Assembly: GCA_018303805.1 (NCBI GenBank)
Contig: JAGVXL010000001.1
Location: 433,528-497,527, forward strand
Length of the DNA stretch: 64,000 nucleotides
Reading direction: 5' to 3'
From: Candidatus Pacearchaeota archaeon
GTDB taxonomy: Archaea > Nanobdellota > Nanobdellia > Pacearchaeales > DTIR01
Shown here: piece by piece, positions 45,453 to 53,959 of the stretch
Layout: the number at the start of each line of letters is the position of its first letter
How positions within the stretch are numbered: the first letter of the stretch is position 1
Position numbers and translations under genes: made by a program
Notes under the pieces: generated by a model
The model's input: only the letters and a program-made list of their open reading frames with translations
The model's database searches: none
What the model was told of the DNA's origin: nothing

Positions 45453-46424
45453 ATGAAACTCAAAAACAAAAAGGGCTTGGAGACAGAAGTTCTTGTTGGG
45501 ATAATCATAACAGTCTTGGTTGCTGCGGTGATATTTTGGTTCTTGTATATTTATAACAGGGGAACAACAGGGCTTATAGATAGGGAGGTATGCCACCAGT
45601 CTGTCCTGATGAGAAGCCTGCCTTCTGTGATAGGCGAGAGCCTGAAGAAAACAATCCCATTGAAATGCAAGACAGAAAAAATCCTGATAGATTTTGATGA
45701 TGAAGAGCTGATAAAGAACAGGATAGCAAATGCTATGTATGACTGCTGGTGGATGCTTGGGGAGGGCAAGCTTGATTTTTTTACTGAATCTTCATTGCAG
45801 AATTTTGGGTTAACAACCGCAAGAACATCTTGCGTTATCTGCTCAAAAATAGATTTTAGCAGCAGCGCACAAAAAATAAAAAATTTAGATTTAATGTCCT
45901 ATCTTAAGGAAACAAAAATACCCTTGAAAGATGAGACTTATATGGGATATTTTGCAGGAATGGAAGACAAGGAATTGCCAACAAGTATTGATGTTGAACA
46001 ACTAGACACGACACAAAAATATAGTGTTGTGTACATGCATGTGGAAGGAACTGATTTTTGGGAGCCAATAGCCAATGATTTAAAGGTTGTTGGGGGCAGT
46101 CTGCTTGCAGGAAGCTTTTTTGTGGGGGGCAAAACAACATTCGGCAGTTTTTTCAATTTATTTAAGGTAAGTGAAGCTACAATCCCCGGAACAATAGGTT
46201 TTCATGGAACACCTACGAAAACTATTCTTGTAGGATTAGGAAAATTTGTTATTCCTGCTGTCTTGATATTCATTACAGGGCAAGAGGTAATGACAGCAAT
46301 AAATCAGAACATAGTTGCAGGATATTGCGATGGAAATAAAAAAGGATGCAATTCAGTAATTCTAGCCCCACTAACAAAAGAGCAGTTAGCCAAGTCATGC
46401 ACGAACATAGAAAGCATCCCTTAA
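45453..46424 (+). CDS. Prepilin-like protein 6 (large)
   Basis: MKLKNKKG/LETEVLVGIIITVLVAAVIFWF; 323 aa. Confidence 0.6.
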   Translation: MKLKNKKGLETEVLVGIIITVLVAAVIFWFLYIYNRGTTGLIDREVCHQSVLMRSLPSVIGESLKKTIPLKCKTEKILIDFDDEELIKNRIANAMYDCWWMLGEGKLDFFTESSLQNFGLTTARTSCVICSKIDFSSSAQKIKNLDLMSYLKETKIPLKDETYMGYFAGMEDKELPTSIDVEQLDTTQKYSVVYMHVEGTDFWEPIANDLKVVGGSLLAGSFFVGGKTTFGSFFNLFKVSEATIPGTIGFHGTPTKTILVGLGKFVIPAVLIFITGQEVMTAINQNIVAGYCDGNKKGCNSVILAPLTKEQLAKSCTNIESIP

Positions 46425-46459
46425 GCAAAATTTATTAATCATTGCTTCTTCGGTTTTGA

Positions 46460-46807
46460 ATGAAAGGAAAAAAAGGGGACACGCAGCTATACTCCTTCAT
46501 AACATACATCGTTTTTGTTCTTATCGTGTTTCTTGTTCTTCTTTCCTTCGTAAACAGGACTGCCACAGGAACAGTTACAAAACAGCAGGTTCTTGCAAAG
46601 GAGATTGCCTTGCTTGTTGATTCTTCCCCAACAGGAACTGAACTGATAATTGAGAAGGGCAATTTTACAATAATCTTCAAGGAGAATAAAGTAGAAGTTA
46701 ATTCCAAGGATATTGCAAGCTATCCTTATGAATATGAATTTTCAACTATGAGGGAAATTGAAACCTCTGAACAAGACACTAAAATAATCATAAAAATCCT
46801 GAGATAA
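46460..46807 (+). CDS. Prepilin-like protein 7
   Basis: MKGKKG/DTQLYSFITYIVFVLIVFLVLL. Confidence 0.5.
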   Translation: MKGKKGDTQLYSFITYIVFVLIVFLVLLSFVNRTATGTVTKQQVLAKEIALLVDSSPTGTELIIEKGNFTIIFKENKVEVNSKDIASYPYEYEFSTMREIETSEQDTKIIIKILR

Positions 46808-46809
46808 AA

Positions 46810-47283
46810 ATGCTGCAAGAGAACAGATTTATCCAAGACAAGAGGGCAATGGATCTGCTGGGCGGTGAAATTATTTTGTGGTTCTTCAGATTTTTCCTGC
46901 TTATAGTAATAATCGCAGGCATAGCATTGATTGCATATGCTTTTTACTCAAAAAATGTTGATACAGGGGAGATAGAAACAAGCATCATTTCAGGCAAGAT
47001 TGCAAACTGCATAGTGAAAGACAGTATTTTGCAGGATATTTCATCTCTAAGCTTGGAAAATTGCGGCTTGAACATTAATCTTGAAGAAAGCTATATCAAT
47101 ATAACCTCCCAGGGAAAAAGCAATTCTGTTGGCAACAGCAATTTTGAAGTTTTATGCAACTTGAAAGGCATAAGAATGCAGTACAAGCCCGCATGTTTGA
47201 GACAGAGGTATTATGTGCTTAACCAAGCCAATGAAGGGGCGTATGTGGACTTGCTCGTTGCAACAATCAAGGGGATAAGATGA
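46810..47283 (+). CDS. Prepilin-like protein 8
   Basis: ...QDKRA/MDLLGGEIILWFFRFFLLIVIIAGIAL. Confidence 0.5.
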   Translation: MLQENRFIQDKRAMDLLGGEIILWFFRFFLLIVIIAGIALIAYAFYSKNVDTGEIETSIISGKIANCIVKDSILQDISSLSLENCGLNINLEESYINITSQGKSNSVGNSNFEVLCNLKGIRMQYKPACLRQRYYVLNQANEGAYVDLLVATIKGIR

Positions 47284-47774
47284 TAAAAAGATTTTATAAG
47301 AACAAGAATGCGCAGCTTGGCGCAACGATAACGCTTATAGTAGCGACAATTGTCATTTTCTTCACTCTCACGATTTTCTTTTATCTTAGCAGCGCGGTTG
47401 CAGAATTCAAATTCCAAAAGCATGCAGACATCTCCTTAAGTTATAGCAATAAAGAGCAGGCATTAATCTCATTGAAAGCGTTTCTGCATACACCTATTAA
47501 GATTATTCTTGATTCTGAAGAGGTGGAAATAACTATTACAGATTTGATAAGGCTTAATGAAGCCAAGCCAGGCGGTGATTTAATTTTAAAAGAGCAGGCG
47601 GAAAAGGCTTTCAAGCCATTTGCCAGTTGCTATCTTTTCAAAAAAGCAGGGGTTGAGTCTGGAAATGCAGCGTTTAGAAATGAACTGGCAGTTTTGATTT
47701 TGCCTGTCAATCCCCACACAAATGTTGAGGTCGGGCTTGCTGTGAATAGCAAGTGCCTTGAAAATATAAAATGA
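47280..47774 (+). CDS. Prepilin-like protein 9
   Basis: ...YKNKNA/QLGATITLIVATIVIFFTL. Confidence 0.55.
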   Translation: MIKRFYKNKNAQLGATITLIVATIVIFFTLTIFFYLSSAVAEFKFQKHADISLSYSNKEQALISLKAFLHTPIKIILDSEEVEITITDLIRLNEAKPGGDLILKEQAEKAFKPFASCYLFKKAGVESGNAAFRNELAVLILPVNPHTNVEVGLAVNSKCLENIK

Positions 47775-48523
47775 AAACCAAAATCAAGATGGGAATAACC
47801 GGCAAGAGAGCGGCAATTTTTGCAATGCTCATTGCAATTGCTGTATTGTTGTTATGCGGGTATGCACTCTTCAAATTCATAACTGCAAAAACGGGGGCTG
47901 CTGACTTGTTTGCTTCTCCGGAAAAAATTCTTAAGCTGAATTATGAAAAAGGCAAATTTGAATTTTTCGCAAAGGATAGCGCAAAGATTGCAATTGCTCA
48001 GGCATACCAGCAGATTGCAGCAGAAGGGAACTTTGCAGGCAAGGAATGCACTTTTGAATCAGGGTATATCCATTTCTGCAGCCTTGCCCCAGATTTGGAT
48101 GAAAAATTTTCAGAGGCAATAGGTGAGAACATCAACAAGTTAGTCTCCTCATACAGTAATCCAGAGTTCAGTAAAATAAGATACAGGGCAAGCATAAAAG
48201 AAAACAACATAAAATTTGACGCAGAGCAAATCCAATTAAAAGGCAGTTCAGAAGGGACTTTTGCCTACTCCTTCACATTCAATTTTAAATCCTCTTTTAG
48301 TGCAGATTTAAGCGAGTTGAATCTTAACACATTTCAGGAGATTCATTCTAAAATAGGAGAATGCAAGCCAAAAGAGAATGCTGCAGAATGCATGAGTTCA
48401 TTAACTGCATTCAGCACAGAAATAACTGAAGCGGGCGGCAAAAAACTGTTTGACATGAAAAGCAGAAATAGGTATCTGATTAATGGAGAATACAAGAATA
48501 TTGAGATTAAATTCAGCATTTGA
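47771..48523 (+). CDS. Prepilin-like protein 10
   Basis: ...ITGKRA/AIFAMLIAIAVLLLCGYAL. Confidence 0.5.
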   Translation: MKTKIKMGITGKRAAIFAMLIAIAVLLLCGYALFKFITAKTGAADLFASPEKILKLNYEKGKFEFFAKDSAKIAIAQAYQQIAAEGNFAGKECTFESGYIHFCSLAPDLDEKFSEAIGENINKLVSSYSNPEFSKIRYRASIKENNIKFDAEQIQLKGSSEGTFAYSFTFNFKSSFSADLSELNLNTFQEIHSKIGECKPKENAAECMSSLTAFSTEITEAGGKKLFDMKSRNRYLINGEYKNIEIKFSI

Positions 48524-48610
48524 CTATTGCATTATTATACAAGAATACTTTTAAACGAGCTTTCTCTTTTCCAAAAGAGAAACCACAAAAAGCAAAGCTT
48601 TTTGGGAACC

Positions 48611-48631
48611 CGAAAATCCAATGGATTTTCG
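48611..48631 (+). repeat. Third copy of the CGAAAA/TTTTCG hairpin, in the rpa leader
   Basis: CGAAAATCC-aat-GGATTTTCG. Confidence 0.5.
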
Positions 48632-48679
48632 CGGCTTCGGGAAGAGAAAAAAGCTTTGGGAAATAAAAAGGGAGAAAAT

Positions 48680-49639
48680 ATGATAAAAGCAGGATATGAG
48701 CAGTTTGTTGAGAAGATAGCCAAGCAAGCAGGGCTTGATAGGGAACAAATTGAGAGAAGAATTGATGCAAAAAGAGCAAAGCTCTCTGGATTGATAAGCA
48801 AGGAAGGGGCTGCCCAAGTGGTTGCCGCAGAGCTTGGCATTAACTTTGACAAGCAGAAAGTAAAGGTTTCTGAATTGCTTACAGGCATGCGCAAGGTTTC
48901 TGTTACAGCCAAGATTCTGGAGGCGTATCCAGTAAGAAATTTTAAAAAAGGCGACAAAGAAGGAAAGGTTGCAACCATGCTGATTGCTGATGAAACAGCA
49001 AGTGTCAGGACAGTTTTATGGGACATAAAGCACATAAAGCTTGTTGAAGACGGGGTGGTATCAAAGGGCAGCGTTGTTGAGATAAAGGACGCTTCTGTCA
49101 GGGAAGGGGAATTGCATTTAGGCAGCATATCCAGCATAGATATAAGCAAGGAAAACATAGATGCAGTAAAAACAGCAGAGATTCTGCAGGAAAAAATACT
49201 CGCTGATATAAAGCAGAATGACAGGGCGAGAGTAAGGGCAACTGTCGTGCAGGTTTTTGAGCCAAGATTTTTTGCCGTCTGCCCAGAGTGTTCAATGCGA
49301 TTAACTCAGGAGGGCAATAGATTTATCTGCAGCAAGCATAATGCTGTTGCTCCGACAAATCGCGCGATTCTTACCGCAGTAATTGATGATGGCACAGAGA
49401 ATATCCGGGCAGTATTCTTCTCAGATTCCCTATGCAAGCTAATCAGCATAAAAGAGGGGGAGATTGAAATGCTCAAGGATGCAAATTTTTTTCTGCAGAA
49501 GAAAAATGAGCTGCTTGGCAAGGAGATTTGGCTTGACGGCAGGGCAAGAACAAACAAGCTTTTTGGGAATCCGGAGTTTGTAGTTTCAGATGTTTCTGAG
49601 ATTAATATTGAAGAGCTGATAGCAAAATTAGAAAAATAA
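48680..49639 (+). CDS. rpa: Replication protein A-like ssDNA-binding protein (OB folds plus zinc ribbon)
   Basis: ATG at 48680 with GGGAG upstream. N-terminus ...LISKEGAAQVVAAELGI, OB segments, CPECSMRL...CSKH. Confidence 0.75.
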   Translation: MIKAGYEQFVEKIAKQAGLDREQIERRIDAKRAKLSGLISKEGAAQVVAAELGINFDKQKVKVSELLTGMRKVSVTAKILEAYPVRNFKKGDKEGKVATMLIADETASVRTVLWDIKHIKLVEDGVVSKGSVVEIKDASVREGELHLGSISSIDISKENIDAVKTAEILQEKILADIKQNDRARVRATVVQVFEPRFFAVCPECSMRLTQEGNRFICSKHNAVAPTNRAILTAVIDDGTENIRAVFFSDSLCKLISIKEGEIEMLKDANFFLQKKNELLGKEIWLDGRARTNKLFGNPEFVVSDVSEINIEELIAKLEK

Positions 49640-49651
49640 TAATCAGTAAAA

Positions 49652-50107
49652 ATGCTGCTGAAAACGCATCTTGCCATAAATTTTCTTTTGTCTCTCCTCT
49701 TTTTGACTTATCTTCAACACAAAATTATTTTTGTTGCTATGGTATTATTTGCGACAATGCTGCCAGATATAGACACAATAAGGTCACATATCGGCAAAAA
49801 GGTGAGGGTTATAAGCATGATTATCAATTTTTTCTCAAAGCACAGGGGATTTTTCCATTCACTTACGTTTACACTTATCTTAAGTGCGGTTTTGCTGTTA
49901 ATCTCGCCTTTCACAGCCCTTGCCTTTTTTACAGGCTACAGTATGCACATACTGGCTGACAGCTTTACTATAGAGGGCATAGAGCCATTCTGGCCCTTAA
50001 AACAGAAAATCTCCGGCGTGATAAGAACAAATGGCATAATCGAAAAAATCCTATTTTTTGTGTTTTTAGCAATGGATGCGGTCTTCCTTTTTGCGTATCT
50101 CTTTTAA
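49652..50107 (+). CDS. YdjM/DUF457-like membrane-bound metal-dependent hydrolase
   Basis: MLLKTHL..., MLPDIDT, GFFHS and HILADS motifs; 151 aa; 4 TM. Confidence 0.6.
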   Translation: MLLKTHLAINFLLSLLFLTYLQHKIIFVAMVLFATMLPDIDTIRSHIGKKVRVISMIINFFSKHRGFFHSLTFTLILSAVLLLISPFTALAFFTGYSMHILADSFTIEGIEPFWPLKQKISGVIRTNGIIEKILFFVFLAMDAVFLFAYLF

Positions 50108-50160
50108 TAAATATATTGTAAAAGAACTAAATTTATAAACAATCAGAGCTTTTTTTGACT

Positions 50161-51147
50161 ATGGGAGAATCTGAAGAGAAAGCGAGAAAAGAGGGATTTA
50201 AGATTACTGATTTGCCGGGCATAGGGCAGGTTATAGCTTCCAAACTTGAAGCTGCGGGAATAACGGAATTGATGAATATTGCTGTCCTTTCTCCTGCTGA
50301 ACTTTCTGATACCGCAGGGGTGAGCGAGGCAGTTGCAAGAAAAGCTATACAGGCTTCTCGTAAAATGCTGAATTTGGATTTTGAAGACGCTTCAGAATAC
50401 ATGAAGAAAAGGGCTGAACTTCTGACAATTACAACAGGGTGCAAAAATCTTGACATACTTCTTGGCGGCAAGGGGATTGAGACAAAAGCGATAACAGAGG
50501 TTTACGGGGCTTATGGCTCAGGCAAAACCCAGCTTGCGCATACTCTTGCGGTAAATGTCCAGCTGCCTGATGAAGAAGGCGGCGCAGACGGCAAGGCAGT
50601 GTATATTGATTCTGAAGGCACTTTCAGGCCGGAAAGAATAAAGCAGATTGCAGAAGCAAGGGGAATGAACCCTGAAAAGGTTATGAAGAATATTTTTGTG
50701 GCAAGAGCATTCAATTCAGACCACCAGATATTATTGTTTGATAAAATTACAGAGATGATTAAGAAAGGGGAGCCAATCAAGCTCGTTATAATTGACAGTT
50801 TGACTGCCCATTTCAGGGCGGAATTTGCAGGCAGGGGCATGCTAGCAGACAGGCAGCAGAAATTAAACAGGCATCTTCATGAAATTATAAGAATGGCAGA
50901 GCAGTATAATGTTGCGGTTTATGTCACAAACCAGGTTATGGCTGACCCGTCAGTGATGTTTGGCGACCCAACAAGGGCAATTGGCGGGCATATCCTCGCG
51001 CATGCCTCAACACTAAGGCTGTATATGAGGCGCGGAAAACAGAATTCACGGGTTGTGAAGGTTATTGATTCCCCGAATCTTCCTGAATCAGAGAATATCT
51101 TTTACATAACCGCAGCCGGTATCAAGGACGAGCCGGATAAAGAGTGA
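50161..51147 (+). CDS. radA: RadA recombinase
   Basis: N-terminal HhH ([17 protein letters not shown]), Walker [10 protein letters not shown], Walker B LVIIDS. ATG at 50161. Confidence 0.92.
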   Translation: MGESEEKARKEGFKITDLPGIGQVIASKLEAAGITELMNIAVLSPAELSDTAGVSEAVARKAIQASRKMLNLDFEDASEYMKKRAELLTITTGCKNLDILLGGKGIETKAITEVYGAYGSGKTQLAHTLAVNVQLPDEEGGADGKAVYIDSEGTFRPERIKQIAEARGMNPEKVMKNIFVARAFNSDHQILLFDKITEMIKKGEPIKLVIIDSLTAHFRAEFAGRGMLADRQQKLNRHLHEIIRMAEQYNVAVYVTNQVMADPSVMFGDPTRAIGGHILAHASTLRLYMRRGKQNSRVVKVIDSPNLPESENIFYITAAGIKDEPDKE

Positions 51148-51245
51148 TTTTATCCAGGATTAAATATATTTAAATCCGATTTATTTCTTTATTATTTATA
51201 CTCCCATGGTACAATAGATGGGAAAAAGTATTAACAAACTGATGC

Positions 51246-51330
51246 GGGCGAATAGTTCAGTGGATAGAATATTTCCTTGCGGTTTATAGGCAAAAAGGAA
51301 ATGACCGGGGTTCGAGTCCCCGTTCGCCCT
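51246..51330 (+). tRNA. tRNA-Arg (anticodon GCG) with 13-nt intron after position 37
   Basis: Hand fold: acceptor GGGCGAA/TTCGCCC; D stem GTTC/GAAT; anticodon stem TTTCC/GGAAA with loop TTGCGG + tttataggcaaaa + A; T arm CGGGG-TTCGAGT-CCCCG. Confidence 0.8.
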
Positions 51331-51363
51331 TTTATCACCGGGGTTCGAATCCTCGTGGGGGCA
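51331..51363 (+). other. Orphan tRNA 3'-half-like segment
   Basis: ...CGGGG-TTCGAAT-CCTCG-TGGGGGC-A is a T arm plus a 3' acceptor strand. That strand cannot pair with the adjacent tRNA-Arg 5' end. No GCCCCCA 5' partner in a tRNA context was found in the window. Confidence 0.5.
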
Positions 51364-51420
51364 TTGCTCTTCTGGTTAGATAAGGAATAAATTTAAATCT
51401 CTTTTTTATCTACTCTTCCA

Positions 51421-52581
51421 ATGGGCTTTTTTGATTTTCTAAGGAGAAAGAGGCTGGAGCAGGAAAAGCCAAATTTAGAAATGTCTCTGGGGGAGATTAG
51501 GGCCAAGGTTGATGAGGAATATAAAATCCTTAATGACAACTCTACAAAGCTTGTGGAAAGAGCGAAATTTCTTCTTAATGAGATAATCCCCAAGTTAAAA
51601 TCCTGTTTGGTGTTTTTGGGCTTGATAAACTTGGAAAAAAGAAGAGAGGACGAAAGGCTCAAAGCGATAGTAAAAGAAAATATCCGGATTTACATCTATC
51701 ATCTTGAAAGGCTTATAGAAGATTTCGAAAAACTCAATCAAACAACAGATTTTAACGACCACGTAATTCAAATAGAGCGCATTTTCGAAAATTTCTCAAA
51801 AAATTCAGCCAAGAGCCATGAAAAAGCAACTATCCTTGTTGGAACCGAGTTTGAAGCAATCCACAGGGAATTTAAAAATTTTTCTCGGGAATTTAACCCC
51901 CTGAAAGGAGAAATCATGAAGAACAGGGAAAGAATGGAAAAACTTGGCAAATTTGCAGAAAATTTCCGCAAGATTTCAGATGCAGAAAAGGCTGAAGAAC
52001 AGATTAAAAACCTGATTTTTGAATTGGATGCTTGGAGAAAGCAGAAAGAAGAGGAAATCCAGAAAAAGGCTGAAGAACTGAAAAATTTTAAGGAAAGTGA
52101 GGGCTACAAAAAGGATATTGAGGAAAGGGGGAGAATAGAAGAAGAGCGCAGGGAACTTGAAAAGGAAATATGGATGCTTCAGAAAAAAATTAATCTGAAA
52201 GAACTTGCGAGAATCCATCATGGCAATGAAAGAAAACATAAAATCATAAAGCATTATACTGAAAACTTCAAAAAAGCAATGGAAGGGGATGAACAGATGG
52301 AGCTCGCAAAAATATTGAAGGAAGCGGGGGTTTCAGGCATTGATTTGGATGGGGCAAAGGAAAAAAGCGAGAGGTTGGAAAGTTATGTAAGCCCAAATGA
52401 AACAAAAATAAGAAAAATGGAAAAAGAAGCAGAGAAGATTAAAGATGAAATTAATGAAATTGGGGAGAATAAAAGAGCTGAGGAGGATAAGCTTGAGAGA
52501 TTCAAAAAAAGGGAAGAAAGCCTAATAAGCGAGTTAAAATTGGAGGCAGGGGAATTTTTTAAAACATTGGGAAATGTTTAG
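51421..52581 (+). CDS. K/E-rich coiled-coil protein with MGFFDFLRRKR N-terminus
   Basis: 386 aa, long heptad-like regions. Confidence 0.5.
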   Translation: MGFFDFLRRKRLEQEKPNLEMSLGEIRAKVDEEYKILNDNSTKLVERAKFLLNEIIPKLKSCLVFLGLINLEKRREDERLKAIVKENIRIYIYHLERLIEDFEKLNQTTDFNDHVIQIERIFENFSKNSAKSHEKATILVGTEFEAIHREFKNFSREFNPLKGEIMKNRERMEKLGKFAENFRKISDAEKAEEQIKNLIFELDAWRKQKEEEIQKKAEELKNFKESEGYKKDIEERGRIEEERRELEKEIWMLQKKINLKELARIHHGNERKHKIIKHYTENFKKAMEGDEQMELAKILKEAGVSGIDLDGAKEKSERLESYVSPNETKIRKMEKEAEKIKDEINEIGENKRAEEDKLERFKKREESLISELKLEAGEFFKTLGNV

Positions 52582-52596
52582 AAAAGAGCATTTAAA

Positions 52597-52842
52597 ATGA
52601 AACCTAAAATATGCAAATCATTCTTCAGCAAGCTGAAAGGGAAGATGTTTTCTTTTTCAAAACAGCCCATGCTTTTTGTTTTTGACAGGGAGAGAAAAAT
52701 TTCAATCCACACATTTTTCTGTTTCATGCCCCTTGAAGTCAGATGGCTTGACAGGAACAAGAAGGTAACAAAAAAATGCCTTATGAAGCCGTTTTCAATT
52801 CAATCTGGCTATGGCAGGTATGTTCTTGAAATTCCCAGATAA
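52597..52842 (+). CDS. DUF192-like small protein
   Basis: ...MLFVFDRERKISIHTFFCFMPLEVRWLDRNKKV...YVLEI. Confidence 0.45.
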   Translation: MKPKICKSFFSKLKGKMFSFSKQPMLFVFDRERKISIHTFFCFMPLEVRWLDRNKKVTKKCLMKPFSIQSGYGRYVLEIPR

Positions 52843-52879
52843 ACAGAAACTTTATAAACAAGCATAGAAAAGTAGCAAA

Positions 52880-53152
52880 ATGGGAATTGCAGCTTTGAAG
52901 ATTAAGGTAATGCCTGAATCTGTCAATACAGATTTAGAGAAGATAAGGCAAGAGGCAGAACTGATAATAAACAGGCAGGATGCAAAACTGCACTCATCAG
53001 AAATAGAGGAAATTGCCTTTGGATTGAAGGCTTTAATTCTGACAATTGCGTGGCCTGAAGAAAAGGAACAGTCAGAGCTCGAGGATGCCCTGAGAAGCAT
53101 TTCAGAAGTGCAGTCAGCAGAAGTTATAGATTTCAGGAGGGCATTCGGCTGA
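52880..53152 (+). CDS. ef1b: Translation elongation factor aEF-1 beta
   Basis: 90 aa: ...KVMPESVNTDLEKI...EIAFGLKALILTIAWPE...EVQSAEVIDFRRA. Confidence 0.85.
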   Translation: MGIAALKIKVMPESVNTDLEKIRQEAELIINRQDAKLHSSEIEEIAFGLKALILTIAWPEEKEQSELEDALRSISEVQSAEVIDFRRAFG

Positions 53153-53189
53153 ACTGGCAAAGATATTTAAAATTCTGTTTCTGGATTTT

Positions 53190-53945
53190 ATGATGAGAGA
53201 AGGGCTTGACAAATTGAGAGATAAGATTCTTGAACAGCTTGACAATCTCCCAGAGGAGCAGGCAGATACGATGAGGGAGAAGATAGTTAATATGGGCGAA
53301 GAAGATTTTGAAGCATTTTTGAAAGAATATGCTGTGCCCTTGCAATCCTGCCTTTTCTGCCAGCTTTCACAGGGAAAAATTCAGACAGTAAAAATATATG
53401 AGTCAAAAAATATTCTTGCTGTTTTGGACATAAATCCCGCAGCAAAAGGGCATATGCTTGTCATGCCAAAACAGCACTATCAATTTTTAACGCAGCTGCC
53501 AGATTCCCTGCTTTTTGAGATATTCGCATTTGTAAAGCACATAGTCCCTTCAATAATCCGCACACTTAAATCACAGGGGGTAACATTAAGCATATTGCAG
53601 GGGAAGGAGCAGGCAATGCCGCATTTTGCAATAAACATCCTGCCGAGATTTAATGAAGATAAATTAAATCTGGCATTAAAAAGGCAAAAAATTCCCCAGC
53701 CGGAGCTTGAAAATATAGCTTCTGCAATAAGGAAAGATGCAAGCGAAAATGCAAAACAAGCTGCATTCGCAAAAGAAGTCAGCTTGGAAAAGCCAGAACA
53801 GGAAGCACAATCAGGTGAGGCAGAAAAAGAGCAGCCAGAAGAGCAGCAGGAAGAAAGTGAGAATGAAGACAAAAAAACAGCAGAAAATGCTGAATTTTCA
53901 GAGCAAGAGCTTGAAAAATTCTTCAAGGGCAGAATTCCACATTAA
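53190..53945 (+). CDS. HIT-superfamily-like protein with degenerate histidine triad and acidic tail
   Basis: CLFCQL...ILAVLDINPAAKGHMLVMPKQHY fits the HIT fold. The triad position reads PHFAINILPR instead of HxHxHxx. Confidence 0.6.
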   Translation: MMREGLDKLRDKILEQLDNLPEEQADTMREKIVNMGEEDFEAFLKEYAVPLQSCLFCQLSQGKIQTVKIYESKNILAVLDINPAAKGHMLVMPKQHYQFLTQLPDSLLFEIFAFVKHIVPSIIRTLKSQGVTLSILQGKEQAMPHFAINILPRFNEDKLNLALKRQKIPQPELENIASAIRKDASENAKQAAFAKEVSLEKPEQEAQSGEAEKEQPEEQQEESENEDKKTAENAEFSEQELEKFFKGRIPH

Positions 53946-53959
53946 GCCAGTTTAGGACA

